From: Eledone cirrhosa
Lineage: Eukaryota
DNA: 64,000 nucleotides
Assembly (NCBI GenBank): GCA_964016885.1
Contig: OZ024740.1
Location: 172,050,001 to 172,114,000, forward strand
Reading direction: 5' to 3'
The number at the start of each line of letters is the position of its first letter. Positions within the stretch are counted from its first letter, which is position 1. The position numbers were made by a program, and so were the translations under genes. The notes under the pieces are model-generated. The model made no database searches, had not been told where the DNA came from, and was given only the letters and a program-made list of their open reading frames with translations. This document shows, piece after piece, positions 28,366-42,532 of the stretch.

Positions 28366-29308
28366 ATAAATAACAAATATATATATATATATACATATAT
28401 ATAAACAGATTTTTTCACGATTGTATTAAATGTATACAAGTCAATGTGTATATACGTGTGTCAAATGTATTTATTATTTATCTAATCGAGTATATGTACA
28501 TAGATACTGAGAGACGATCGTCTACATATGTTCTAAACAAAAACAAAAAATCAAAAAAGATGAATGACTTCGACAAAAAAAAATAACGTAGCTTGACTTA
28601 CCCTCTCGTGTTTGATCGTAGATACTTTTATCCACATCAGTTCTGAAATCGTATATATGATAGTCAAGAGTCATTTGGACCGGGTTTTAGTTTGATTATT
28701 TTCTATAAAAGATTCAAGGTAGACCAAAAAGGCAAACTGAAACAAAACATGAAATAAACTCTTGTTGTCGGCTAAAGTGTTTCCAGCTTCGTTGTAAAAA
28801 GAACTTGACTACTCAAGACTTTTTGTTGAACTCCGGTATAGTTGCGCATAGTTATTTTCTAGAAGCCCATTCAGTAATTCAAGCCTTATTTGGAAATGTT
28901 TGCGTAGGCCGACCAATCGCCTGCGGACACGTCATCCGAAGGTGGAGTGAATTATATCATATGTTATGGTAATTACACCCTCACGGTCTCCATATTTCTT
29001 TTGCCTCACTTTCTCTTTGTGTTTTTTCTCTCGTTAAACTCATACTCTTTTTCTCTCAAACCTTCCCCCTCTGTTCCCTATAATTACTCTCTCTAATATC
29101 TTTCTATTATGTGTTTTCTATCTTTAAATAGTCTATACTATCGCTCTTATTTTCTACCTTCTCTCCGACACACTCACAAACGTTCTCTCTTTCTCTGTTA
29201 ATTTACTTTTTTTCTTCCTCTATCTCTGTAAACATTTTATACTTTCTCTTCTTTTTATCCTTCTGTCTATCTATTTCCTCATTAAATATTAGTTTTTCCT
29301 GTCTTTTT

Positions 29309-29438
<130 letters not shown>

Positions 29439-29570
29439 TATATTAGAAAGTAGTGAACAGCATATAAAAAACACACACACATATATATATATGTATTTTC
29501 TCCCGTTGTCTATTTTTCCCTTACTCTTTCTACTTTCCAATTAAACACCACTTCTCTTTCTCTCTCTGTA

Positions 29571-29638
<68 letters not shown>

Positions 29639-29642
29639 TATA

Positions 29643-29673
<31 letters not shown>

Positions 29674-29676
<3 letters not shown>

Positions 29677-29836
29677 TTATTTTATAAAAGGAGCTTCTAC
29701 AGGACTAGTACTGTTTCATTCAGATGAAACAGTACTAGTCCTGTAGAAGCTCCTTCTATAAAATAAAAATGTTTACTCTGCCATGTATTGAGTACCTTAC
29801 TTACTGTGGTTATCCCCGACTCAACCCGGGACCTAC

Positions 29837-29838
<2 letters not shown>
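29674..29838 (+). mobile_element. Fold-back element family C (46-bp arms, 4-nt loop, about 70-bp tail)
   Basis: Arms 29674-29719 and 29724-29769; tail contains gtattgagtac, also present in the family A tail; TA flanks. Confidence 0.85.
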
Positions 29839-29896
<58 letters not shown>

Positions 29897-29897
<1 letters not shown>

Positions 29898-30143
29898 AAT
29901 TAATAAAAATAATGAAATAAACACAAACAACAAGTTCTTTATATTAAAAAATTCATCATTTTACGATCGTTTCTGGGATGTATATATGTGTTGGTATGTA
30001 TATCATATAGAGCTATGTAAAAATATTACAAATTATCAGAGGAAATATACATACCTTCACATATACATGCTGTCCGTAAAATGATGAATTTTTTAATATA
30101 AAGAACTTGTTCTTTGTGTTTATTTAATTGTTTTTATTAATTT
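29897..30143. mobile_element. Older fold-back element (about 69-bp arms)
   Basis: 29897-29965 is the inverse of 30075-30143; minus-strand GAAACGATCGTA lies at the inner arm edge. Confidence 0.7.
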
Positions 30144-30279
30144 ATCTTGACTCTGTTTTCCTATGATTTTTATCGTAAATTTTGAATGCATCTTCTCTTT
30201 TCATGATACTTCTATATTTGGATTACATTGAGTTCTTCATACGGATTGGACACTACCGTATATTTTGGTATATTTATCT

Positions 30280-30311
<32 letters not shown>

Positions 30312-30392
30312 CATTCGCACCGTTTCCTTTCGCTACATGTCTCTCCACCACTCCCCTACACACCTTTTGAACTCTGTTCCCACACACTTCTC

Positions 30393-30424
30393 ACCTGAAG
30401 AAGGGCTTATGCCCGAAACGTCGT
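30393..30424 (+). ncRNA. Minimal hammerhead motif (family D-like element, about 30311-30512)
   Basis: ac CTGAAGA a GGGC ttat GCCC GAAA cg TC gt; stem II covaries with the 10178 motif. Confidence 0.75.
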
Positions 30425-30510
30425 CCCCCACCTACCCCCCACTCTCCTGAGCGTGAATTTAATAAACATTTATTGTACTGCCTCTCTGTTCTGTCCCTGT
30501 ACAATTTTTC

Positions 30511-30567
<57 letters not shown>

Positions 30568-30697
30568 CTGTCACGTAAACAGACCTAACTTTTTCTCTTG
30601 TATCGTGTCTTCCGAATCACGTTTTTTCTTTCCTATTTTTCTCTCATTCTCTCAGTTTCGTTTTCATATTTAAAAAAAAGTTTACTTTCAAAATCAC

Positions 30698-30812
<115 letters not shown>

Positions 30813-30877
30813 AGTGAAATTCCAATCGATAAGGTATGATTTTCATGGGTACGTCTCTATTTATAAAACAAACTTTG

Positions 30878-30942
30878 TATTTTATCTGATGAAAGCGCAC
30901 CAATGATGTCTTGGTTGCCCTTGAAATATATATAATAAAATA
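30878..30942 (+). ncRNA. Hammerhead motif family F, copy 1 (stem III formed by TA repeats)
   Basis: TATTTTAT CTGATGA AAG cgcaccaa..ttggttgcc CTT GAAA TATATA TA ATAAAATA: 8-bp stem I. Confidence 0.7.
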
Positions 30943-31074
30943 AATATGGTTTTATAAATATAGTTTCCATTTATTTAATATCATGGAATATTTACTCCAG
31001 TAAATTATTGAGTGCTCTAAATCAGTTATAAACATTTATGTTTGTCGGACTTCCAACAAATTAAATACAACTTC

Positions 31075-31220
<146 letters not shown>

Positions 31221-31300
31221 TACATATATATATATATATAGAGATTATATATATTATGGAGTGCTGTTGGCTTTTCGCTGCAGTGTTTTCTATACCTTTC

Positions 31301-31334
<34 letters not shown>

Positions 31335-31396
31335 TATTTTATCTGATGATAGCGTACCAAAATTTTTGGTACCCTTGAAATATATATAATAGAATA
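31335..31396 (+). ncRNA. Hammerhead motif family F, copy 2
   Basis: TATTTTAT CTGATGA tagcGTACCAAaatttTTGGTACcctt GAAA TATATA TA ATAGAATA; the stem I change is a G-U wobble. Confidence 0.7.
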
Positions 31397-31999
31397 AATA
31401 TGGTTTTATAGATATAGTTTCATTGTATAAATATATATATATATATATGCATATATACACATATATTTACACATATATATACATATATGTATGTGTATGT
31501 GTATGTGTATGTATATGTGTGTGTGAGCATATATATATAATGTGTGAGTGTATGTATTTATCTATCTTTTTCTGTCTGTCCTGCATTAGATTGTTTTCCT
31601 TCTTTTTACCTCCCTTTTCCCTATACAGTGTCAAATGTCTCACTGTCTCTCAAACTTCCAGTCTTCTTCCTTCTTCTCCTCTTCCCCTCTTTCTTCTCTA
31701 TCTTATAAATACTCTACACTTCTCTCTCTCTCTGTTTCTCCCCCCCCCTCTCTCATGCTCTGTTTAAAGTATTGTTAACTTGAACTTCTCTCCACTGTCG
31801 CAATACTTGCATTGTTATGTTAGTGTATTCCCAATGTATCTGTTTCCTTAGTTTTGGTCCTCGTTTTTCCTTTCTCCCCTTCTCTTCCTCTCTCTTTTTC
31901 TTCTCTATGCACCCCCTTTCTATCCTTCTCCTTGTCTTGCTCTTTCTTTCTCTTCTCTATTCGCCCTCTATTTCTCTATTTCTCTATTTCATATTTTCA

Positions 32000-32901
32000 T
32001 GTCTGTCAGTCTGTCTGTCTGTCTGTCTGTATGTATGTATGTATGTATGTATGTATGTATGTACGTACGTACGTATGTATGTACGTATGTATGTATGTAT
32101 GTATGTATGTATATACGAACGTATGTATGTATGTATGTATGTATGTATGTATGTATGTATGCATGTATGTATGTATGCATGTATATATGTATGCATGCAT
32201 GTATGTATGTATGTATGTATGTACGAACGTATGTATGTATGTATGTATGTATGTATGTATATACGAACGTATGTATGTATGTATGTATGTATGTATGTAT
32301 GTATGTATGTATGTATGCATGTATGTATGTATATATGTATATATGTATGTATGCATGTATGTATGTATGTATGTACGAACGTATGTATGTATGTATGTAT
32401 GTATGTATATATGTATGTATGCATGTATGTATATATGTATGTATGTATGCATGCATGCATGCATGCATGCATGCATGCATGTATGTATGTATGTATGTAT
32501 GTATGTATGTATGTATGTATGTATGTATGTATGTATGCATGTATGTATGTATGCATGTATATATGTATGCATGCATGCATGTATGTATGTATGTATGTAT
32601 GTACGAACGTATGTATGTATGTATGTATGTATATACGAACGTATGTATGTATGTATGTATGTATGTATGTATGTATGTATGTATGCATGTATGTATGTAT
32701 ATATGTATGTATGTATGTATGCATGTATGTATGTATGTATGTACGAACGTATGTATGTATGTATGTATGTATATATGTATGTATGCATGTATGTATATAT
32801 GTATGTATGCATGCATGCATGCATGCATGCATGCATGCATGTATGTATGTATGTATGTATGTATGTATGTATGTATGTATGTATGTATGTATGTATGTAT
32901 G
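32000..32901. repeat. (TATG)n microsatellite with higher-order ACGAACG/GCAT variants
   Basis: Seen directly; a similar array at 33509-33784. Confidence 0.95.
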
Positions 32902-33508
32902 TCAGGTCACCAGTTGGTGCTACTGGTAACATGTATCCCAGTACAACCTGTCTCATGGTCGGGTCGTTGGCGACTAAACTGGCAACCCCACCAAGGTTTC
33001 TTGGTGAGGAGGGTGACTTTGGACATCCTGCAGGACTAAAAACAAAACCTGTCAAAGGGCAAAGGAGCTCTTAAGAGTCAATGGCCATCCAAAATCACCG
33101 GGAGAGATGACCCCTTAACCTTTGTCAAGGCAGAATTCTAGGAGAAGGAAAACTCTGATATAACACCTGCAACTCTGATGGTATCCAATGATGTTGACTT
33201 GTTCTTCTTTTTGGTAAATATCATCTTGGTTAAGAGAGTGGGACTGGCTTTGTGCAGTGCCTTTGCTCACTATAAAAGCTTCACGGCACAGGCATTGCTT
33301 TATATCAGGAGACCTCTCTGCACTTGTCGTCACATGGTACCATGGGCCCAACACTATGTGTCAATAGTTGTCACAAGTGTAGTGTTTGTACCAGAGTTTT
33401 CAAGTCGCTGGCTGGACTAAAAAGTCACACTCGTTCAGCGCATCGGTAGGGCTTCTCCTACATGGATATAAAGTAGTGGCCGTACTCGAAAACGAGTTGG
33501 CAGCCACC
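32902..33508 (+). mobile_element. Repeat family E, about 600-bp copy inserted in (TATG)n
   Basis: Colinear with 34100-34722; both end ggcagcca(c/t)c|atgtat. Confidence 0.75.
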
Positions 33509-33784
33509 ATGTATGTATGTATGTATGTATGTATGTATGTATGTATGTATATACGAACGTATGTATGTATGTATGTATGTATGTATGTATGTATATATGT
33601 ATGTATGCATGTATGTATGTATATATGTATGTATGTATGTATGCATGTATGTATGTATGTACGAACGTATGTATGTATGTATGTATATATGTATGTATGC
33701 ATGTATGTATATATGTATGTATGTATGTATGCATGCATGCATGCATGTATGTATGTATGTATGTATGTATGTATGTATGTATGT

Positions 33785-34088
33785 TAGGGAATTCGGCTTA
33801 CAATCATAAGGTCGTTAGTTCCATTCCCGGCGGTGCGCTGTGTCCTTGAGCAAGGCACTTTATTTCACGTTGCTCCAGTCTACTCATCTGGCAAAAATGA
33901 GTTGTACCTGTAATTCGAAGGGTCAGCCTTATCATATTCTCTCTCACGCCGAATATCCCCGAGAACTTCGTTAAGGGTACACGTGTTTGTGGAATGCTCA
34001 ACCACTTGCACGTTAATTTCACGAGCAGGCTGTTCCGTTGATCGGATCAACTGGAACACTCGTCGTCGTAACCGACTGAGTGCCGTCC
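33785..34088 (+). mobile_element. Second tRNA-like SINE family
   Basis: B-box-like agttccattccc, core tgtccttgagcaaggcactttatttcacgttgctccagt; relatives at 19530-19810 and about 5745-5860. Confidence 0.7.
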
Positions 34089-34099
34089 ATGTATGTATA

Positions 34100-34722
34100 T
34101 GTCGGGTCACTCTTGAATGTTACTGGTAACATGTAACCCAGTACAACCTGTCACATGGTCGGGTCGTCGGCGACAAAACTGGCAACCCCACCAAGTTTAC
34201 TTGCTGAGGAGGGTGATTTTGGACACCCTGCAGGACAAAAAATAAAACCTGACAAAGGACGGAAGAACTCATAAGAGTCAACGGCCATCCAAAAGTGTGT
34301 AAATATGTATATGCACATGTACATATGTATGTATATGTGTATATACATAAGTGCATGTGTATGTATATGCGCGGGGACATAGAAATAGTCGGGCTGGACA
34401 TCCGATCGCGCGGTTAATCCACTGGGAGTGAAGGACCCCTAGCCTTTGTCAGAGCATTCTTCTAGGAGAAGACAACTCAGGAAACTGGGATAACTCCGAT
34501 ATAAAGCCTGCGGCTCAGTAGTTACTGATGATGTTGACCTTTACTTCTTTTCGGGTTATAGCTGCTGTCGCTCAGAGAGTGGGATTGGCTCAGTGCACAG
34601 TCTTTCCTCACTTTAAAAAATATCTTCACGCAGGCATTGCACGATAAAATTAATTAATACAGTAATTATTAATAATGGTATATCGTGCAATGGTCATACT
34701 CGATAACGAGGGGGCAGCCATC
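34100..34722 (+). mobile_element. Repeat family E copy
   Basis: Colinear with 32902-33508. Confidence 0.75.
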
Positions 34723-35070
34723 ATGTATTTTGTATATGAGATAAGTCACACAATATAGAACTCAATACATTTCAATGTGGAATATAATTATTTCTACTTT
34801 AGATATAAGCCCTATCCGGTTTAGAATAGACACACCGTATCCCTGCGTGTTGTAAGATGCTACTAAAAGGGTTGGTACCAGGAAGGGTATCCGGTCATAA
34901 AACATCCCTCAAAAAAGCAACTCATGAGTATGAATCCTGTCATAGGGACAAGAATAACCCCAGCTTTAGCGGGGATATGATCTTAAAACTCTTCTTATTT
35001 GTAAAGCTTTGTCATGTTACCTACAATGGTATTTACGATTTTCTTCAGAAGCCCTAAATGTTAATTTAAT

Positions 35071-35234
<164 letters not shown>

Positions 35235-35360
35235 ATTAGAACGTGAACAACACAATATAAAACTACTCCATTACCAAAGGTTTCAGGACGTTAGACAATA
35301 TTAAAATACGTCTAGATCGTTCGTCTGATCTTTTTTCCTTTGCTTTTTTTCGGAATTACC

Positions 35361-35423
<63 letters not shown>

Positions 35424-35596
35424 TATATATATATATTAATGTATTAATTCCGTCTTGCACTACTCATACGATATCATATCAAAATTGGTAGAATGGTAGA
35501 ATACAATGACGTCGAGTGGTCTTTCCTAAGTACACCATTTTACTGATTTGAGCGGACACAATCACAGCCCCAGATACCAATTAGGAACCTCCCTAT

Positions 35597-35640
<44 letters not shown>

Positions 35641-36339
35641 ATACAATAACAGACATAGCTTTAAGCTAAACTCCGACTGGTAACCATCTCACTCAACAAA
35701 CATTAGGTTATACGTTAGTATAAACCCAATTTAAGTGTTTGGGGTGCTAACTATATGTATTTTGTGGAAAGCCAGTTGTATTATTTTATATGAGATATAA
35801 TTAAAGTTAAAATATATCTCTCTTTCAAAAAAAATTGTTTCATTATAAGTTTTCTACAAGTTTGGAGAATGTTTCCAGTTTATGTAGAAGCCTAACATAT
35901 TTTCATGTAAGAAAATATTTAGGTGGGCACTTATAAATCGTCAGTGGAAGCCCATTAAACTTTGATATAAGAAACAATTCCTTACCACAGTTAATTTTCG
36001 TGTCTGCGAAGTTGTTCCTTCACGCATCGTATATATGTGTGTGTGTGTGTGTGTGTGATGAGTGTGTGTGTGTATTTATCGATTAATTCACAGTTATTTT
36101 AGCACCAGATACACAGCCTTCCCACTCTCAAATCTCGTCCCGACTAACAATGCCTTAAATCAATTCGGGGTCGCTAAATAAAGTATCAATCCTGGACAGT
36201 GGATTGGTGGAATTCTTGAACTTCTCAACGATTTTATTAAATATATAATGTTTGCTACCTTAGATGAGCTATGACGTGGCTACAGCTTAGTGTCTCTTGC
36301 ACCCCCCTCCTGGATTTGTTTCTTCATAATTTTCTTGAT

Positions 36340-36542
36340 AATGATTCCTAATTTCGACGCAGGCCAGCAATCTTAGGGGGAGGGAAAGTCGATTATATCG
36401 ATCCCAGTACTTGACTAGCCCTTTATTTGATCAAACTCTGAAAAATGAAAGGCAAAGTTGACCTCGGCGGTATTTGAACTCAGAACAAATACTAATAAGT
36501 ATTTGTCCAACGCTCTAACGATTCAGCCAATCCGCCGCCCTT
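36340..36542 (-). mobile_element. Diverged main-family SINE
   Basis: atgaaaggcaaagttgacctcggcggtatttgaactcag. Confidence 0.75.
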
Positions 36543-37059
36543 AGAATGTATGTTTTTAAATGAAAGTTGACAGATATACGTTTTTGAAGGTATAATTATG
36601 TTGAATAAATTTATAAAAAAATAATTAATTTTCAGGAGTTTATTATTGTATATTTCCATATTTTAAGGTTTTCATTACTGTATACTTTCGATCAATATTT
36701 GTAATTAAACCAAAAATAAACTCCGAAATTTTGTCATCATCTCTTCCGATTTTATGTTTCATGAAAAATATCAATCAACGTAATATCGACGTTTTTCTGT
36801 GAGTGTTACGTCATTTCAACTACTAGGAATTGAGTTAAAAATACTTTCAAGATTATCATAATCAACATTAGTTTTATTATTATTATTGTAGTACTATTGA
36901 GAGCTCGTGTTAGTTTGTTATTTTAACGTGTTTAAATCCTTTTGTTGTTTTTTTAATTTTGTTTCAAAGGAAAACATAAGACTTTAGTCTTTGCGCCCAA
37001 GAAGAGACTCCCCTTAATATTTGGACGGAATACGCCTGCTCACGTCAAGCTAGCTGTCA

Positions 37060-38740
37060 CGTAAATATGCCAGACTTGTTCTCCGATTTCCTTGAAGCCG
37101 TCTACTGCAACTGGCACTAAAATGGGAGCATGCCCACTGCTGTGAGCTAGGGCGTAGTGACGCTGATGAGGAAAGACGAGAAGAAGAGGGATACTTTAGA
37201 CAACTTCAAGCTCATAACTCTGCTAAACACAGAGTTTAAGATTTTGACCAAGGTGTTAGCGAAGAGGCCTGGCGCTGGTCGTCGAGGATTTGCGGGCGAT
37301 ATCACCGTGATGGTGTCGAAAACCTCGGAAATCGAGGTGGTCGGCACCTACTTGGAGGAATATGAAAGGTTGACGGGAGCAAAACTAAACCCGGAAAAGA
37401 CGGTGAGTTTGCAGTTCGGCACCTGGAGAGACATACCGTTCGACAGCGTCGTCGGGCACTGGACAGATTGACCTGTAAAGTTGCTCGGGGTCGGGTTTAG
37501 ACGGGACCTCCAGGAAGATAAGAACTGGGACGGGTTAACGACCAGGGTGGCCACTCAGCCAGAAATGGACCGAGATGAAGCGATCCCTGAAAGGTCGGGC
37601 GGATGTAACCAATACGTACATCGCGTCCGTCATCTACTACCGCCTGACTGTCGTACCTTGCTTCCGTTCGCACCTCACCAAATTAGAATGCCTGCTCTTC
37701 CTCTTTTTGTTGAAGTGACAGGTTCCATTGGTGAGGCGGTCCATCTGCTGCTAACAACCTCTATACGGAGGGCTGGAATGCCGTGGATAATGATGCGCAT
37801 ACACGCGCTGAGGCTACGACATCTTCAGATATTCGTAAAAAGTGTGGTCACTGTTTGTGAGGCAGGCCTTCCCACAGCTCGTCTCTTCCACAGCGTTGCA
37901 GTCCTGGGTCAAGAAAAAACCGAGGCAGGGCACCTGGCATCTGGAATGTTGCAGGGAGATCACTGCCCTCTACCAGGCGGGCCATGTGGTCAGTGGAACC
38001 TCCATTCTAAAGTTCTGTAGAGCTTCCAGAAACCCCTCGTCTGGCAATGCTACCGGGGAGGGGGACACTGTCGGTTCGAAATAAGCTCTACAGGCACGGA
38101 AGTGCTGTCTGGTGGACTTGCCCGTCCAGTGTCCGTGCATTACTGAGTTGTGATGTTATGTCGAACGGCTGTTGTTTTGTGTAGGATGGATCCGGCTATC
38201 GACCGAGAGAATATCGTCCCGTCGCCTTCTTTTGGTCGGGAATAGCAGGCTGAGTTTGTGAGGTGGACCAGGATGAAAGGACCGAAAATAGACAGTTTTC
38301 TCTTCGGCCAATCCCTAATCAACTTTTTCAAGTTTTACTTGGTAAGGAAGGTGAGGGTGGAGAGGGAAGTACTGCCCCCCCCCCCAGTACATTTGTTCAA
38401 AGGTGGGTGAATGTTGCGAGGATGGCCCGTGTGAATGGGCCTGCTCTGGGCATGTGCCAGTAGGCTGGTTGATTTGAAGAGGAGAGGAGTGCCCTTCCCG
38501 GGTGCTCTCGAAGCGTTGTGTAGTTCAGGATCGGTGGGGCTCCTGAGTTGCCCCTGAGTGGTTCTCCCTCTATTGGGGAATTTGTATAGTTTTAATTTTA
38601 TTATTTATTGTTATTGTTTATATACACTTTTTTACACGATTTCACTGTAACCCACCGGCCCCGTCCCCATCTTTGTATTGTCTCCTATATGTAGTTCCTT
38701 GTGGTCAATAAAGAAATTATTGTTATTATTATCATTATTA
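37060..38740 (+). mobile_element. Decayed, internally deleted Tx1/L1-clade LINE (RT remnant and 3' end)
   Basis: NFKLITLLNTEFKILTKVLAKR, FAGDITV (FADD-like), YERLTGAKLNPEKT; GC-rich body ending in AATAAA (about 38707) and a (TTA)-rich tail. Confidence 0.75.
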
Positions 38741-38742
38741 TA

Positions 38743-38942
38743 GGGCGATGGATTGGTAGTATCGGTAGAGGGTCGGACACCATGCCTTGCAACATAGAGT
38801 TACGGCCCTTTATGATCTGAGTTCAAATCTTGCTGAGGTTAACTTTGCCTTTCATCATTACGGGGTCGATAAAATAAAGTACCAGTAATGCACTGGGATA
38901 ATTGCTGGCCCTGTACCAAAAGTAGAAACAATTATTATTATT
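38743..38942 (+). mobile_element. Full-length main-family SINE
   Basis: A box, B box, body and (ATT)n tail. Confidence 0.85.
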
Positions 38943-39784
38943 GTCACCGTTGTTGGATAATTACTGGAGGAACATTTTCTCTTTTGGGATTATTTTTAAA
39001 GAGTGGTACATGTCTCCCTCTAGCGGGGATAAACATAAAGTCAGTCGTTTAGAAAAACATGTAAATGACATTGAAAGAGAAAATGACATTGAAGCAAAAC
39101 AGATACCCTCGAAGACATAGACAGTCACAGCAACAATTTAATGGCCGAAGATGAACATTTTTATGACATGAATAAAAGCAATAGCAACAACACTCACACG
39201 CGAACACCCTCGGCGAACGAAGGAAATAGCAAAAAATGAAAACTGTTTTAATGATTCCTTAGGTGACAACAATTTTGACACGAAAACGTCACTAAACGTA
39301 AACAGTACACATTGTATTTAAAAAAAAAAAATGCATCTGCCTGCCCGAAGAATATATTCAAGTTCGACCACGAAGAAAACTGACCTACTTTTGTCTAAAA
39401 AATGGCTGGTACATTTCTGTGCATTAAAAGAAAAGTGAATCCAAGAAAGCTCAACAGGAGATCTGGCTAATGTTCCAAATATAGAAAAAGGTAGAGCTTA
39501 TGGGACCGTCTGAATGACTTTTGAAAGAGAGGACGAAACGATAAGATAAGTAGAGATAGTGTGCGAAACACCTGCTCACTAGTTTGTACTGCAATACATG
39601 AGATGGCATAACACAGAAGTAAGAGTTAGAGGCATAGTAACCGATATTAACACCTGAGTCAATGTTGTATTTGTAAAGAAATATGGACATGTAAGTATAG
39701 GCAAAAGTAATGAGAAATGATATATGGTCGGGAGGGTTCAGTATAGATTTACAAGTTTTTGTGACTCTTCAGCACCACAGTACC

Positions 39785-40897
39785 ATTCCAGACATAATAA
39801 TAATAATGGTTTCTAGTATAGGCACAAAGCAATTTTGGAGGAGGGGAAAGTCGATTAAAGTGACCCCAGTCCCATTACTGGTACTTTATTTTATCGACCC
39901 CGTAAGGATGAAAGGTAAAGTTAACCTCGGCGGGATTTGAACTCAGATCATAAAGGGCCGTAACTCTATGTTGCAAAGCATGGTGTCTGACCCTCTACCG
40001 ATACTGCCAATCCACAGTCCTAGACATAATAATAATGATTTCTAGTATAGGCACAAGGCCAGTAATTTGGGGGAGGGGAAAGTCGATTAAATCGACCCAG
40101 TACGTTACTTGTACTTTATTTCATCGACCCCGTAAGGATGAAAGGCAAAGTTAACCTCCGGGGTATTTGAACTCAGACCGTAACTCTATGCTGCAAAACA
40201 TGGCGTCCGACCCTCTACCGATACTGCCAATCCACGGCCCTAGACATAATAATAATTGTTTCTACCTTTGGCACAAGGCCAGCAGTTACCCAGTACATTA
40301 CTGGTACTTTATTTTATCGACCCCGTATGGAGGAAAGGCAAAGTTAACCTCGGCAGGATTTGAACTCAGTCCGTAAAGGGACGTAACTGTGCTGCAAAGC
40401 ATGGCGTCCGACCCTCTAGGGGTACTGCCAATCCACCACCCTGCCTAGACATAATAATAATAATTATTATTATGATTATTATTATCATCATCCGGGTGGT
40501 GGATTGGCAGTATCGGTAGAGCGTCGGACACCATGCTTTGTAACATAGAGTTACGGTCCTTTACGTTCTGATATCAAATCCCGCGGAGTTTAAACTTTGC
40601 CTTGCATCCTTATGGTGTCGGTAAAATAAAGTACCAGCAACGCACGGGGGTCGATTCGACTTTCCATTCCGCCTAAATTTTTGGCCTTGTGACTAAATCA
40701 GAAACCATTATTATTATCATTATATATTAAGCGTCAGACACCATACTTTGCGACACAGAGCTACGTCCCTTTACGTTCTGAGTTCAAATCCCGCCGAGGT
40801 TAGCCTTGTCTTTCATCCTTACGGGGTCGATAAAATAAAGCACCAGTAATGCACTGGGTAATTGTTGGTCTTGTGCCAAAAGTAGAAACAATTATTT
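39785..40897. mobile_element. Cluster of five main-family SINEs (three minus in tandem, then two plus)
   Basis: Minus copies about 39800-40015, 40028-40235 and 40247-40440, bounded by agacataataataat; plus copies about 40493-40720 and 40730-40897. Confidence 0.85.
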
Positions 40898-42319
40898 ACT
40901 AAGCTGGAATCATTTTGGGCGCCGACGAACACAATATGAGCAGTCTCTTTTAGAAGGCTTTTTGAATTGTGAATTATGGGCAACTTAAAGAAGTCCTTAG
41001 AGTACCTGTGGGCCGGGATGATTTTCTTGGTTTGACATAAACTCTCGAGTCCAAGATGCATGGAGAGCGACAAAACTGTTCTGTACACAACTTAGAATGG
41101 CTCGTATATAACCCCTCAAACATACCGACGTCCAAATTTGTTCCCTGAAAAGAAGTCATTTAGACAGTTGTTTCGGATTTTAAAGAGGGTTTTGAAGATG
41201 ATCGTTATCTGGCAGTGCAGTATACCAAACAACAGCCATCAAAAGATTTGAATGTTGTTAATACCAGGACATTTTCCAATACCCAAAGTTGTTTAAAGCA
41301 AGCTTCAACCCAGATATTGTAAAACTTTGAGGAGATGGTTTTCTAACCTGTATTGTTGCTGCGTATTCTTCTAGCCATTGCTTTTTTACGTTCAGCTTTT
41401 TGTTTTTCAAAAATGTGTTTCTAAAATGTTTCTAGTATTGATAACAATTGATAACACAAATACGACTTTGTTAAAGAGAATTGTGACTGCTACCGCCTAA
41501 ACTACACCTATTTGAAGAAATAAGAAAACTAAAGAAGAGGCATGTTTGTAGTTCAAAGAAGTTCGGGTCCTGACTTATAGTGAGTGAGGGCTGCGATTGG
41601 AGATCACCCTCATTTTCGCATTTCTGACTTCCTGGACTAGTGACTTGAGATATACCAGAGATGCAGTGAGATTACCTGAATGTTTATCTAAATATATCAA
41701 TAAGCTCTAAAATACGCGTCTCATTGTTTGTTATCGCCTTTTTATCCATTGAACCTTGCCCAATCATGGTCGGGTTTCCTTCACATAGTCCACTAGAAAT
41801 CCAGTTTTCACATGCATAGAGTAACAAACTCTTAAAGAATTTCACCAAAAGTTCAAGACATCGGCTACCCTCAATCTGGTTTAACCTGTCTGTCAATGCA
41901 GTCGTCAAGGAGTTGGTGCTATGTCACATGCAGATAGGTTAGGGATCCACATAAAACAGACAGCAGCCCTGCCAAATATATTGTCCCTATTTTACATTCT
42001 ATATATCGTTTCTTTTAAGGTATATCTAGGACTACATTATCTTAGATGTATATCTCTTACCCAAATTTTTACAGTAGCGTTTGATTTTAACTGTTATTAG
42101 TAGGTAGATTTAACTGTTATTTTTAGCAGGTGGTGTGACCGCATAAAGGCACTTCTTGTAGTACATGATATCAATGAGTTGACGTAGCTAATGATGCTAA
42201 GGTGTTGTAAATACTCTTGGAAGAGGGAGCAATATAATGGAGGCAGAATATAGCAATTCTTATTTCCGTTTTAACTTAATTTTTTTTGGATATCGTTTCC
42301 CTTAGGCTCCGAAAGTACC

Positions 42320-42382
<63 letters not shown>

Positions 42383-42469
42383 GAAGCGACACCGGCACAG
42401 CCATGGCAGAGTCATAGAAAAACTAATCCGGAAACGGATATCCTTTAATTAATATGTGTATATGCGTTT

Positions 42470-42532
<63 letters not shown>

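Noticed and set aside
39785-40460. CRISPR-like repeat-spacer pattern
   Set aside because: The units are SINE copies with short linkers in eukaryotic DNA; there are no unique spacers or cas genes
41040-41910. Possible LINE relic on the minus strand (GKCPGINNI, LLYACENW)
   Set aside because: Too degraded to delimit or classify reliably
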